From NCBI GenBank assembly GCA_963808235.1, contig CAWEEQ010000001.1:192001-256000 (forward strand): a stretch of DNA of 64,000 bases. The letters run 5' to 3'. Shown one piece after another: positions 1-10,154 of this stretch. The translations under genes and the position numbers were made by a program. How positions within the stretch are numbered: the stretch's first letter is position 1; each line of letters opens with the position of its first letter. Origin of the DNA: an uncultured delta proteobacterium. Its GTDB lineage: Bacteria; Desulfobacterota; Binatia; Binatales; Binataceae. The notes under the pieces are model-generated. The model had not been told where the DNA came from. It saw only the letters and a list, made by a program, of their open reading frames with translations, and made no database searches.

Positions 1-1362
1 ATTCGGCAGCCCCGGGAAGCAGGTCGGACACGGTTGATAGTTGATTGGCGTGACGGTCGAACGCACCACTTGCTCAACCTCGTTGGCGTTGAGCGGCGTC
101 GAGATTTGTTTGGCGGCTGCGGCGTCGAGCCCGGCGCTGACGACCATCGCTGCCACGCCTGCCTGGGTCGGAATGCCGGTCGAAGTAGAGCCGTCCTCAT
201 TGGGCACCGAGAAGAGCGAATGCGGCCCATAAGATGTCAGCGATGAGCGCGAGCGAAAAGTTACCGCGCTGAGATCGCTCGGCAGTGATTGTCCGGATCG
301 GTTGGACTGGTCGGATACGACGGAGTTTCCCGGCCACACGTGCGCGAGCCGCATTCCTTCGGTGTGGTCGGCTGATTCGAAATCGTTGCTCGCCCATGCG
401 ATCACGACTCCATGGTCGTATGCGTACTGCACCGCGCCGACCATCGCCGGCGACTGACCCAATGCAGCCACTGTCACGTCGATCACCTTCGCACCGGAGT
501 CGACTGCGAATGCGATCGCCTCGGCCACCCGATCCGGACGATCGATTGCTTCGTCACCCGCCTTGACCGACAACAGCCGGCAGTTGGGGCATACGCCTAC
601 GCCTCCGAAATTGTTGTTGGCCTCGGCGACGAACTGGTTAGACTCGTCGTCGGAATGCGGATAGGCGCTGTTGTCGGTTTGCGGGTCGTTGGTGTCGCGA
701 TGGAAATTCCATCCCGAGATGTCGTCAACGTAGCCGTTGTGATCGTTGTCCTTGCCGTCACTGAACGCGACGATCAAATCCTCAGCCGTAATTCCGCCGG
801 CCTGCGGATGAAGCAATGGACGATGCACGCGCGGGTCGTTGGCGTAGTCATCGACAGTCAGTACACCGTCGCCGTCAAGGTCGTAGCTCTTGGTGGGCTC
901 GAGGCATCCGGGCGAACGACCGGGCTTGGTCGCGCCCTTGGCGTTCTCCGGCGCCGGCAGCTCCCCGCAGTTGAGATACGCTTTGCGGCGCAGATCGAAG
1001 CTCTGACTCAACCGCCAGTTAACGCCGCCCTCGATGTATGCCACTGTCACATCTTTGCGCCCAAACCCGTACACCGCCCACGCCCTGTTCAGGCTCATTC
1101 CCGACGCACCTTCCGAATCGAGCGCGGCTGGAGCGCTCTGCGGAATGCAATCATAGAGATGCCACTGCTCGGCGTTGAAGGTCATCCCACCGGCCGGATT
1201 GCGTTCGGCGGGCGCGTAGCCGGGGTCATTGGGCCCACTAATCAAGCTGTTGCAGGGAGCGGCGAAGGCCGGAGTGACGATCGAATCAATTTGGATCGCG
1301 AGTGAGAGAATGAAAATCGCAAACGCCGCGATCAGGTTGATGGAGAGGAAGGAGCGGCGCAT
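1..1362 (-). CDS. Secreted S8 (subtilase-like) peptidase, N-terminal 454 aa; 3' end lies beyond the window edge
   Basis: Manual translation of the minus strand (absent from the ORF track): AGGAGG RBS, ATG at 1362, signal peptide MRRSFLSINLIAAFAIFILSLA, then VTVAYIEGG, DNDHNGYVDDISGWNF, HSDDES...GVCPNC, AWASND and GSTSTGIP. The frame is open to position 1. Confidence 0.8.
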   Translation of the reverse strand, partial: MRRSFLSINLIAAFAIFILSLAIQIDSIVTPAFAAPCNSLISGPNDPGYAPAERNPAGGMTFNAEQWHLYDCIPQSAPAALDSEGASGMSLNRAWAVYGFGRKDVTVAYIEGGVNWRLSQSFDLRRKAYLNCGELPAPENAKGATKPGRSPGCLEPTKSYDLDGDGVLTVDDYANDPRVHRPLLHPQAGGITAEDLIVAFSDGKDNDHNGYVDDISGWNFHRDTNDPQTDNSAYPHSDDESNQFVAEANNNFGGVGVCPNCRLLSVKAGDEAIDRPDRVAEAIAFAVDSGAKVIDVTVAALGQSPAMVGAVQYAYDHGVVIAWASNDFESADHTEGMRLAHVWPGNSVVSDQSNRSGQSLPSDLSAVTFRSRSSLTSYGPHSLFSVPNEDGSTSTGIPTQAGVAAMVVSAGLDAAAAKQISTPLNANEVEQVVRSTVTPINYQPCPTCFPGLPN

Positions 1363-1547
1363 CGAGGTTCCTCCTAAGAAGCGCAGTAGCTAAAGGTTTG
1401 AGGAACCCAGGCATCGGGTCAAGGAAGGAAAAAGAACAATGTTTTGACGATCGAATCGCGCGTCAACTACCCGGGGTCAACCGCGCTGGCTCCTGAGTCA
1501 AACTCGATACGCGCGCCGGAGCTGAGCTGCTGAGTCAGGCGTTTCCA

Positions 1548-2336
1548 CTATTCCATCTTTACTAACAGCCCGCGTAAACGCGCCGACTCGAACATCCATC
1601 GGAAGAAAATTATCGCGAAGATGAAATAAATCATGTTCAATCCGAGACCCCACTCGAAATGCGAGGCAGAAAATCCGCCGGTCGCGATTACCTCTCGCAT
1701 GCCTTCGAATGAGTGAGTCGTCGGTAGTAGTGAGGCTGTTGGTCGCAGGAAACTCGGCAATGAGCTCAACGGGTAGAAGACGCACGATAGCGGCATCAGT
1801 ATACCGGCGAAGCTCCAGGCCATGGCCTGGAGCTTGGTGGTGTATCGGAAGATCAAACCAGTAACTACGATGCCCATCGTGAGGGCGAACAGGACCAGGT
1901 TCAAAATAAACGGAAGTAGCGTAGGCAGCATCGGAAGCATGTTGTAATGATAGAAGAGCCACGCGATTAAAGCCCCGACGCCCAAGCCGATCATCGCCTT
2001 AGCAAGGGTCACGATAATCAGGCCGGTGACATACTCGGAAACGCTCAGAGGCGAAGCGAACAGACTGACAAGATTTCGCGACCACAATTCTTCCAAAAAG
2101 CCCACTGCCATGTCGCGTTGGAAAGAATTGAACAGTCCCCACAGAATGACTGCTCCGAGCAGGCAACTAAGGACTCCGGGCTGCAAGCGATCTCCATGGC
2201 GGAGATACAGTGTGAAAAATCCCCACACTAATATGTTCACTACCGGCCAGTAGACCATGTAGGTGATGTGATTCGCGTTGTGAATCACCTCATAGGTGTG
2301 GCGCTGGATAACGGATCTAATTCGATACAGCTTCAT
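1548..2336 (-). CDS. ABC-2 type exporter permease
   Basis: About 6 hydrophobic segments, EELWSRNLVSLFASPL, FYPLSSLP...LPTTHSFEGMR. Likely start MKLYRI at 2336 overlaps the ATPase gene. Confidence 0.85.
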   Translation of the reverse strand: MKLYRIRSVIQRHTYEVIHNANHITYMVYWPVVNILVWGFFTLYLRHGDRLQPGVLSCLLGAVILWGLFNSFQRDMAVGFLEELWSRNLVSLFASPLSVSEYVTGLIIVTLAKAMIGLGVGALIAWLFYHYNMLPMLPTLLPFILNLVLFALTMGIVVTGLIFRYTTKLQAMAWSFAGILMPLSCVFYPLSSLPSFLRPTASLLPTTHSFEGMREVIATGGFSASHFEWGLGLNMIYFIFAIIFFRWMFESARLRGLLVKME

Positions 2337-3072
2337 CTGGTGGGCGTCCTGCAAGCTGTATGAAGACCTCTTCGAGATCGGGCGCACTGCGGTCCTCTTT
2401 CAGAATCGCACGAGTTACTTCGATAGGAGTTCCGGTTGCGAGGATAGTTCCGTGGCTGAGAAAGATAATCCGGTCGCACATGCGCTGGACTTCGTGCATG
2501 TTGTGCGACGTGTAGAGGATCGTTGTCCCACGGCTTTTCTGCAGATCGAGCAGAACCTCTCTCACCTGCACTGCCGCCTGAGGATCAAGGTAAGCAGTCG
2601 GCTCGTCGAGCAACAGCAATTCCGGATCGTTCAGAAATGCTTTGCAGAGTCCAACCCGCGTGGTCTCGCCGGAGGATAACCGCGAAATCGGCTTGTTCTT
2701 CAGGCGTCCGATTCCGAACCGCTCGAGCAGTTCGTTGATTTTCGCCGCAGGGTTGCAGACGTTGTAGATTCCAGCGAAGACCTTCAAGTTTTCAAGCACG
2801 CTCAGGCGGACCGGGAATGCCATGTACGGCGAGGTGAAGTTCAATCTCTGGAGTATCTGTTCGCGATCCGCATCGAGACTCTTCCCGAACAGACGCACGC
2901 TGCCTGCGTTTGGCGAAATCAAGCCGAGCATCATGTGGATGATGGTCGTCTTGCCGGCCCCGTTGGGGCCGACCAGGCCGGCAATTTCTCCTGCGTGCAC
3001 GACGAACGACACGTCGTGGACCGCAGTAAACTTGCCGAAGGTTTTCGTTAAGTGCTCAATGGTAACGAGCAT
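2317..3072 (-). CDS. ABC exporter ATP-binding protein (DrrA/NodI-like)
   Basis: Walker A GPNGAGKTT, signature LSSGE, Walker B LLLDEP, H-loop SHN. Confidence 0.93.
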   Translation of the reverse strand: MLVTIEHLTKTFGKFTAVHDVSFVVHAGEIAGLVGPNGAGKTTIIHMMLGLISPNAGSVRLFGKSLDADREQILQRLNFTSPYMAFPVRLSVLENLKVFAGIYNVCNPAAKINELLERFGIGRLKNKPISRLSSGETTRVGLCKAFLNDPELLLLDEPTAYLDPQAAVQVREVLLDLQKSRGTTILYTSHNMHEVQRMCDRIIFLSHGTILATGTPIEVTRAILKEDRSAPDLEEVFIQLAGRPPDEAVSN

Positions 3073-3343
3073 CGCGACACAGTACGCTATGAGGGCATCT
3101 GGAACAAACAGTTCGTAGCTGCATTTATCGCGCTGGAACCATACTTGACTGCCGAGCGGGTGCGGCAGTTTGCGTGTTCTTCAGGTAACTCCGAAAAGTA
3201 GGGAATTACACCACTACGTCGCTTGTAACCGATGACGAAAATTCGGTATCCTGCCCCACCTGTGCCTAGCGGGGAAATCGAGGTTACGGCTGCCTTCTGA
3301 AAATCGAAATCAGCTTCAGCGAAGGATAGAGAGAGGACACTAA

Positions 3344-5488
3344 GTGACTGCCACATTTCCGTCGTTGCCAAAGATTGAGGTCGGTCGCAGTTCCCGGTTG
3401 CCACGGGTCTGCATTGCCACTTGGGAGATCGAGGGGCCATCGCGCAATGCCGGTATCGGTACTGCCTACACCAGCCTGGCGGACGCGTTGAAGCGAGCCG
3501 GCTACGATGTGAGTATCCTCTTCCTTCTCGGATGCCATCCTACTGACGGAAACATGATCGACTGGGTCGACTACTACCAGACACAGAAGGGAATGAAGTT
3601 GATCCCGCTGCCGATGGCTCACGAGCCGCGAATTCACGCCGCTTGGGCGTCGAGCGTGTCCTATCACACGTACGTCTGGCTGAAGGAGCATCAGCACGAC
3701 TTCAACGTCATTCATTTTCCAGAATGTCAGGGGCTGGCATTTTACAGCCTGCTGGCCAAGCGCCAAGGGCTGGCTTTCGGTGACTCAACCTTTGTGATTG
3801 GCACCCACGGGCCGACCTTTTGGGTAAAAGAGGGTAGCCAGGATTACATACGCAATCTGGGAGAGCTTGAGATCGACTTCATGGAACGCGTGAGCGTCTC
3901 AGCTGCGGATGTTGTTGTGAGTCCGAGTCAGTACCTTCTTAACTGGACGCAGCAACATGGCTGGGAACTACCGGAGCGAACCTATGTTGCCCCTTACGTT
4001 CTTCCTCAAGGTTTGCTCACGGAAGGCCCCGCGCCGCGCCAGAAGCAGAAAGAGATTCGCGAGATTGTATTCTTCGGACGGCTCGAGATCAGAAAGGGAC
4101 TCAAGCTCTTTTGCGACGCACTGGACGAACTCTGCGCGGGGAGCACGAATCCCCAGTTTGAGGTCACCTTCCTAGGGAAGGAAACCGAGATCTATGGTCG
4201 CTCGAGTATCGGTTACATAAGCGACCGATCCAAGGCATGGTCGGTTCCGTGGCACATTGTCTCGAACAAATATCAAAAGGCGGCAATCGAGTACCTACAA
4301 GGAGATGGACGGTTAGCAGTGGTCTCGTCGTTGGCCGATAATTTTCCCAACACGGTGCTCGAATGCATTGGCGCGGGGGTACCACTTCTAGCCAGCAACG
4401 TTGGAGGGATTCCGGAAATCATAGATCCCGCCGATAGAGAGAACGTTTGTTTCGAACCGCGGCCGGACATTCTGGCAGAGCGTATCCGAGGTGCGCTTGA
4501 ACAGGGCGCATCCGCGGCGCGACCGTCAGCCTCGTTCGCTGACACCGCGGGCAATTGGGTGGATTGGCACTCCAGCCTCCCGAATCGAGCCAGGAGTGAA
4601 CAACCCGTTCGCAAAGATCGGCAAGCGGGCAGAGAATCAATATTTCCCTTGGTGAGTGTGTGCTTCGCGTACAATGTCAGACAGAAGGGCGCCGCAGCCA
4701 CGTTGGCCTCGCTAAAGCAGCAAGACTATCCGCATCTTGAGATCATTTTGGCCGAGTGCGGAGGAAGCGAGGTTTCGTCCGCATCAAAGTCGTCGAAGGA
4801 TGCCGAGCGGTTGGGGAGTCACGAACTGCGCAGGATCAGTCGGCGCAGCAGCGAGATCGGCGCGGGCAGAAATGCGGCCGTGCGCGAGGCAAAAGGCGAA
4901 TACCTGTTCTTCGTCGACGATCACAGTATATTGTTGGCGCCTAACGCGCTCTCTGTCGTCGTACAGGTCGCGCAACGAGTTGACGCCGACATTCTGACTT
5001 CAGCGATCAGCTTTTTTCTCGGGTCGTCGAACGGTTCGTCCGAGAATCGCCTCGAGCACTCCCGCCGTCCGTTTCTCGGAGGCGATGCCGCGACCGGTGC
5101 TTTCGTCAACTGCTTCGGGAGCACCAACGCGCTCGTGCGGCGCGACGCGTTCGACACAATCGGAGGATTTAGCGACGAAGCAGTATCAACCCTCGACGAT
5201 TGGGAGTTCCTTTCCAAAGCGGCGCTATTGGGACTGCGGATCGAAACGACGCCAGAAGTGTTCCTCTGGCAGCGTGAAGATCAGGACCAGGAAAGCCTCG
5301 TGCACTCGCTTGTGAACGCAGTTCGCAGCGCCAGGCCCTACACCATTCCTGGGCGCAAGCTCGCGCCTGGCGTGGAGCGGACGCTGTCCAAGGTGCTGCA
5401 ATTTGGTCAAGGGTTGAAATTTGAGCGAGACGCCAACACCGGCACGCCTCTCTCGCGCGGAGAACAGGGCCCTGCCGTGACCGGCTGA
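3344..5488 (+). CDS. Bifunctional glycosyltransferase (N-terminal GT4/GT-B, C-terminal GT2/GT-A)
   Basis: GIGT, FFGRLEIRKG and DNFPNTVLE...GGIPE (GT4); PLVSV, GRNAAVREAKGEYLFFVDD and GGFSD...DDWEF (GT2). Confidence 0.9.
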   Translation: MTATFPSLPKIEVGRSSRLPRVCIATWEIEGPSRNAGIGTAYTSLADALKRAGYDVSILFLLGCHPTDGNMIDWVDYYQTQKGMKLIPLPMAHEPRIHAAWASSVSYHTYVWLKEHQHDFNVIHFPECQGLAFYSLLAKRQGLAFGDSTFVIGTHGPTFWVKEGSQDYIRNLGELEIDFMERVSVSAADVVVSPSQYLLNWTQQHGWELPERTYVAPYVLPQGLLTEGPAPRQKQKEIREIVFFGRLEIRKGLKLFCDALDELCAGSTNPQFEVTFLGKETEIYGRSSIGYISDRSKAWSVPWHIVSNKYQKAAIEYLQGDGRLAVVSSLADNFPNTVLECIGAGVPLLASNVGGIPEIIDPADRENVCFEPRPDILAERIRGALEQGASAARPSASFADTAGNWVDWHSSLPNRARSEQPVRKDRQAGRESIFPLVSVCFAYNVRQKGAAATLASLKQQDYPHLEIILAECGGSEVSSASKSSKDAERLGSHELRRISRRSSEIGAGRNAAVREAKGEYLFFVDDHSILLAPNALSVVVQVAQRVDADILTSAISFFLGSSNGSSENRLEHSRRPFLGGDAATGAFVNCFGSTNALVRRDAFDTIGGFSDEAVSTLDDWEFLSKAALLGLRIETTPEVFLWQREDQDQESLVHSLVNAVRSARPYTIPGRKLAPGVERTLSKVLQFGQGLKFERDANTGTPLSRGEQGPAVTG

Positions 5489-5511
5489 GACGCACGGCGT
5501 AGCAAGGCAAG

Positions 5512-5552
5512 CGGCCGAGTTCCATTTCGTTGGAAGAACGAAAACTCGGCCG
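5512..5552 (+). other. Intercistronic stem-loop
   Basis: CGGCCGAGTT...AACTCGGCCG outer stem with an inner TTCGTT/AACGAA stem and no U-tract. Confidence 0.55.
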
Positions 5553-5563
5553 AATAATTCGAT

Positions 5564-6431
5564 ATGCCATCCTCACGCTGTGTACTTGTCATCGGGATGC
5601 ATCGCAGTGGAACCAGCGCACTCGCTCGCGGTTTGCAGATGCTGGGCGTTTACCTGGGGAATAACTTTCTAAGCCCACGACCCGATAACCCCACCGGCTA
5701 TTGGGAGGATAGATATATCTGCGAACTCAACGAGCGTCTGCTAGCCGCACTCGGGCTCAAGTGGGAAGATGTCGCGCTGATTGACGATGCACGATGGAGT
5801 GGACCCGAGGTAGAAGCTCTGCGTGCGGAGGCTGTCGAGTACCTTAGATCTGAATTCGCGACTCATCCGCTGTGGGGATTCAAAGATCCGCGCACGATCC
5901 GGCTACTACCTTTCTGGCACTCAGTACTACATCGTCTTGAAGTCGATGAGTGCTACTTGGTGGTAATCAGAAATCCTCGCAGCGTTGCTCTGTCGCTGCT
6001 CCAGCGCCACGGTATGGATGAGGTAACGGCGCATTTTCTGTGGCTGGTCTACATGGTCCCCTATCTAAGTGAGATCGCGCATCGACCATTCATAGTTGCC
6101 GACTATGACATGGTAATGGCCGACCCTCGGCGGCAGATTGAACGAGTCGCACACGGTCTGAAAATTCCGTTGAATGATACGCTCGAAATCCGCGATCGAG
6201 CAGTTCGCCGGTGACTTTCTGGATCCGAAATTGCGTCACAGTTTCTTCAAAGAGTCCGACTTCGATACGAATCCCAAGCTCCGTCCTCTTACCAGGGAAG
6301 CATACCTATGGCTCCGCCAGATGGCCGAAGACCTTATAGGTACTGATTCGCCTCGATTCTGGTCGGCTTGGGAAAGCAGCCGCCAAGCCCTTCGAGGACT
6401 GGTGGCCGGCGCTTGTGAGAGTCTTGGCTAA
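5564..6431 (+). pseudogene. Sulfotransferase-family protein split by a frameshift near 6185 (pseudogene or sequence error)
   Basis: VIGMHRSGTS (5'-PSB loop), DNPTGYWE, KDPR and RNP in 5564-6214; the family-like tail IEQFAGDFLDPKLRH continues in another frame to 6431. Confidence 0.75.
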
Positions 6432-7287
6432 CAGCGATACCTCGGGAGCGGCCGGTTTCCGGCTGTTTGTAGTGATCGGCGCGCAACGATCAGGCACCAA
6501 CATATTGCGCGAGATTCTGAACACCAACGAGGAGATCGCGATGCTCGGTGAGGTGCTGTCGCCCAGCCCGGCGCCAGCCCACTGGGACAACTTCCGTCGC
6601 AGCGGGCCGCTCCGCAGCGTTCTTCCCGCCTCTTACGGCGAGACCGAATCGCTCCTCGATCAATATTTCGAATTTGTGCAGTATCGTATCCGCAACCATT
6701 GGGAAGGCAACAAGAAGAGGCGCAGTCACGCCATCGGCGTGGATATCAAATACAATCAACTGCGACAGATCGCGCCCGCGAACTGGAATTCTTCGTCCGC
6801 TCCATTTATTCTGGGGTACCTGCAATCTCGCGGGGCTACGCTGATTCATACGACAAGAAACGTAATACATTGCGCCATTTCGACGTTGATCGCCGCACAG
6901 CGAAATGTCTGGCACAACTATGATGGCGCTGTGATCGATCGCAGCTACAACCTCGATCCTGGAGAGTGCCTGGCGCATGCGCGGACAATCCTTCAGCATC
7001 GCGATGCCTTCATCGAAGCTGCACGCGAGTGCAAGGTCGTCAATTGTCGCTACGAAGACCTGGTCGACGACACTATGAGAGCTGGCTCTCAGGAAGAGAT
7101 TCGTGAAGCCCCGGGGCCGCTCTCGGAGATCGCAACGGCGCTCGGAAGTCGTTACAAGTTTCGCTACGATGGACGTCTTCAAAAGGCGATAAATGTCCCA
7201 TACTCAAGACTGCTCTCGAACTACGATGCTCTGGTCGGGCGACTTAGAGACTCCGAGTTCTCGGCCCTTGTCCCGACTCTGGAGTAG
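6415..7287 (+). CDS. Sulfotransferase (Stf0/NodH-like)
   Basis: FVVIGAQRSGTNILREILN...GEVL PAPS-binding motif; IHTTRN...S; YEDL. Confidence 0.8.
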   Translation: MRVLANSDTSGAAGFRLFVVIGAQRSGTNILREILNTNEEIAMLGEVLSPSPAPAHWDNFRRSGPLRSVLPASYGETESLLDQYFEFVQYRIRNHWEGNKKRRSHAIGVDIKYNQLRQIAPANWNSSSAPFILGYLQSRGATLIHTTRNVIHCAISTLIAAQRNVWHNYDGAVIDRSYNLDPGECLAHARTILQHRDAFIEAARECKVVNCRYEDLVDDTMRAGSQEEIREAPGPLSEIATALGSRYKFRYDGRLQKAINVPYSRLLSNYDALVGRLRDSEFSALVPTLE

Positions 7288-7329
7288 TAGCGGCCGCGAG
7301 CGTCAATTTGGATTTGTTGGGTTTGTTCA

Positions 7330-8388
7330 GTGGGAACTTCTGACTCCCGAACGGTGAACGCCAAGCCCTGGCTCGATCCCAATGCGAAAGCCGGGAGCTA
7401 CGCGCCAGGCATGCTCGGACTGGAAGAGCGCAAGCTGCTCTATCAGTTAGCCCGCCACACCTACACCGGTGAAGGCGCTGTGGTCGAGCTAGGAGCCTTT
7501 TGCGGAGCCTCCACTTGCTGCCTGGCGGCGGGCCTGAGAGACAATCCGCGAGCCGCGGGCCGTCACGTCGATTCCTATGATTGCTTCATTGCCAGCGAGC
7601 CATACTTGGTGGAGTTCATTCGCACGCAATTTGGTGCGACGCTTGAGATCGGGCAGTCTTTCGCAGAGATTTTTCGACGTGCCACAGCTGAGTTGGCCGA
7701 TCGCATAGAAGTTCATGCGGGTGACTTGCTCGAGCAGACCTGGCCGCCCAAGACGCCTATAGAGATACTATTTGTCGACGTGGCTAAGACGCTTGCTCTG
7801 AGTGGCAAAGTGTTATCCGAGTTTTTTGCTCATCTCATCCCGGCGAAATCGATTGTCATTCACCAGGATTTCTATCACCCCACCGCGTTCTACCTTCCCG
7901 TAGTGATGGACTACCTCATGGACCACTTCACCATCATCGAGGCAGGCCGCGACTGGTCAGTAGCGTTCCGGCTCGAGACAGCGATTCCGGAAAGAAAACT
8001 GCAGATTGCCAGCTTCTACAAATTCTCTTTCGCTCAACAACAGGCTGCTCTGCGGCGCATGATGCGGCGCGTCGGCATGCCGGGAATCGATTACCTTCGC
8101 CTATCGGAGTGTGCGGCCATCGGAACCCACTTCGGCGAACAGCGGTTTCGAGCAGCATTGGCCGCCTCAATTCGACGGTCGAAACTTGACACGGATCGAG
8201 TGTGGTCCGACGGGCTCGCCTGGTGCAGTGATTTTAACGCGTCCCGCATCCGCACCAGGCTTTATGGCAGAGCGTCTTTGATGCCTCCTCCAACCTCCGC
8301 TGATAAGGCTCACCTCATGCTGTCGGCCATTCTTTCGGAGGTCGCCGCACGGATTATGCCAGGCGTCGGGCAACGTCTCACAGGGTAG
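7330..8388 (+). CDS. Class I SAM-dependent methyltransferase (Methyltransf_24-like)
   Basis: VVELGAFCGAST, YDCF, IEILFVDVAK, HQDF. Confidence 0.8.
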   Translation: MGTSDSRTVNAKPWLDPNAKAGSYAPGMLGLEERKLLYQLARHTYTGEGAVVELGAFCGASTCCLAAGLRDNPRAAGRHVDSYDCFIASEPYLVEFIRTQFGATLEIGQSFAEIFRRATAELADRIEVHAGDLLEQTWPPKTPIEILFVDVAKTLALSGKVLSEFFAHLIPAKSIVIHQDFYHPTAFYLPVVMDYLMDHFTIIEAGRDWSVAFRLETAIPERKLQIASFYKFSFAQQQAALRRMMRRVGMPGIDYLRLSECAAIGTHFGEQRFRAALAASIRRSKLDTDRVWSDGLAWCSDFNASRIRTRLYGRASLMPPPTSADKAHLMLSAILSEVAARIMPGVGQRLTG

Positions 8389-8403
8389 CAGTCTCGACCC
8401 GGT

Positions 8404-9552
8404 ATGCGACAATCCAGGCTCTCAACCATCGCGGTTCTCGTAGTTGCGAGCATCGCATTGACAGGATGGTCATCCACTATTGAAGCTCCTTTTGTAGTTT
8501 TCTTTCTAGTAGCCGGTGCGTGGACAATAACAATCGCCCTGTTCTCTCGTCTTGAGGTCGTCCGTAACTGCGCACTGATCTGTAGTTCAGTATTGTTCAG
8601 TATGGCGGTAGTCGAGACCTGTATGTACTTTGCTAACCGGTCGCAGATCATTATCACAAGGACGAAACCGGTCGAATGGCGGCGAAACCAGACGGACATA
8701 GACATAGGTTCTCGACCCGTACCAAATACGACGATTACATTTGAAGAAGCGCTCGGCGGTCGGAGGATCGACAAGGTCACGTACCGATTCGGCGGCAACG
8801 GTCTTAGAGAAATCCCTGCATCAGTCCAGGGAGGACCTTATAGGGTCGTGTTCTTCGGTTGTTCTTTCATGTTTGGTCATGGGGTCGAGGACGATCAGAC
8901 GCTACCCTATTACTTTGTGCGAGCAGCAAGAGGCACCTTTGAGGGGTTCAATTTCGCGGGCGACGGCTGGGGGCCGCATCAGATGCTTAGAGAGATTGAA
9001 ACCGGCTTCATTCGCCGTGTAGCAGGCACCCCCGAGCTGGCGATATATGAAGCAATCCCGGATCATCTGCGCCGGGTCGCTGGGCGTGCGCCATGGGAAG
9101 ATGGACCAAAGTACGATCTATGCCCAGATAACGAAGCTTGTTACTCCGGACAATATCATAGTGCCGACTACGCGACATGCCGCCGTTGGCTCGACAGGAG
9201 CTGGATCGTGAGGTTCTTCGAAAATCACTCCGGGAAGCTATCGCAACCCTCCGACCTCCCATTATATTTGGCAGTACTGAAGAGGACTCGAACTTTGCTA
9301 AAGGAAAACGGCACTCGTTTTGTAATCGTCTTATGGGATCAAAATGAGTTGGCCAAGACGATGTTGAAGGGCTTGAGGGCGAATCAATTTGATGTGATCG
9401 CGCTGTCTTCCATATTTCCCGAGAGTGATCTGAAGAATGGACTGCTCACGCAGCTTGATCGGCATCCGTCGCCGGCGACCAACCAGGAGATCGCTGCTTA
9501 TCTATGGAAACAGGTCGGCGAGCCGTTGGTGGATGCAAAGCACCCGCGATGA
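8404..9552 (+). CDS. Membrane-anchored SGNH/GDSL hydrolase-like protein
   Basis: N-terminal TM helices, block I FFGCSFMFGHGV, GWGP, C-terminal DRHPS (DxH) motif. Confidence 0.75.
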   Translation: MRQSRLSTIAVLVVASIALTGWSSTIEAPFVVFFLVAGAWTITIALFSRLEVVRNCALICSSVLFSMAVVETCMYFANRSQIIITRTKPVEWRRNQTDIDIGSRPVPNTTITFEEALGGRRIDKVTYRFGGNGLREIPASVQGGPYRVVFFGCSFMFGHGVEDDQTLPYYFVRAARGTFEGFNFAGDGWGPHQMLREIETGFIRRVAGTPELAIYEAIPDHLRRVAGRAPWEDGPKYDLCPDNEACYSGQYHSADYATCRRWLDRSWIVRFFENHSGKLSQPSDLPLYLAVLKRTRTLLKENGTRFVIVLWDQNELAKTMLKGLRANQFDVIALSSIFPESDLKNGLLTQLDRHPSPATNQEIAAYLWKQVGEPLVDAKHPR

Positions 9553-9989
9553 AGACTTCGAGCGACTCGAATTTCCCCGAGCGCCTGGAGCACGGCGACA
9601 GCCCACGCGGCTCTACTGATCGCTTCTTTGGACTTCTGTTCAGCGCCTTCTGGGGTGTGGTGGCGATGGCTCCGCTAAGAAGAGGTGGGTCGCTTCGAGC
9701 ATGGGCGGTAGTTCTCGCCGCAGCGTTCCTCGTCACCAGTCTCATCAGGCCAACTCTGCTTGGACCACTGAATCAGCAGTGGCAGAGGTTGGGACGATTG
9801 ATGCAGAAGCTAACCAATCCGATCGTGATGGTGGTCCTGTACTTTTCTACCATCGTTCCCTTTGGACTGATCATGCGGCTACTGCGTCGAGATGGCTTGC
9901 GATTAAAGTGGGATCGTGGGTCGGCAACTTATTGGATACCGCGCGACCCGCCTGGCCCGACACCCGAATCGATGAAGGATCAGTTCTAA
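9549..9989 (+). CDS. SxtJ-family membrane protein
   Basis: STDRFFG, PLN..W.RLG, NPIVM...Y...PFGL and ATYWI.R...ESMKDQF; ATGA overlap with the upstream stop. Confidence 0.85.
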   Translation: MKTSSDSNFPERLEHGDSPRGSTDRFFGLLFSAFWGVVAMAPLRRGGSLRAWAVVLAAAFLVTSLIRPTLLGPLNQQWQRLGRLMQKLTNPIVMVVLYFSTIVPFGLIMRLLRRDGLRLKWDRGSATYWIPRDPPGPTPESMKDQF

Positions 9990-9998
9990 GAGCCGGAT

Positions 9999-10148
9999 AT
10001 GAATTTTGTGGCCGAACTTTGGCGGTTCATGAGGGCGCGAAAGAAATTCTGGCTGCTCCCGATGATTCTGGTCTTCGCGATCATGGGCGCGCTCTTAGTG
10101 ATCACTCAAAGCAGCGCGCTGGCTCCCTTCATCTACACTCTGTTCTGA
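9999..10148 (+). CDS. SxtK/DUF5989-family small membrane protein (49 aa)
   Basis: Manual translation MNFVAELWRFMRARKKFWLLPMILVFAIMGALLVITQSSALAPFIYTLF with the diagnostic RKKxWLLP and APFIYTLF; below the ORF-track cutoff. Confidence 0.9.
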   Translation: MNFVAELWRFMRARKKFWLLPMILVFAIMGALLVITQSSALAPFIYTLF

Positions 10149-10154
10149 GCCAGA

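Noticed and set aside
412-1305. 297-aa plus-strand ORF
   Set aside because: Antisense shadow of the minus-strand subtilase, which has an RBS, signal peptide and catalytic motifs.
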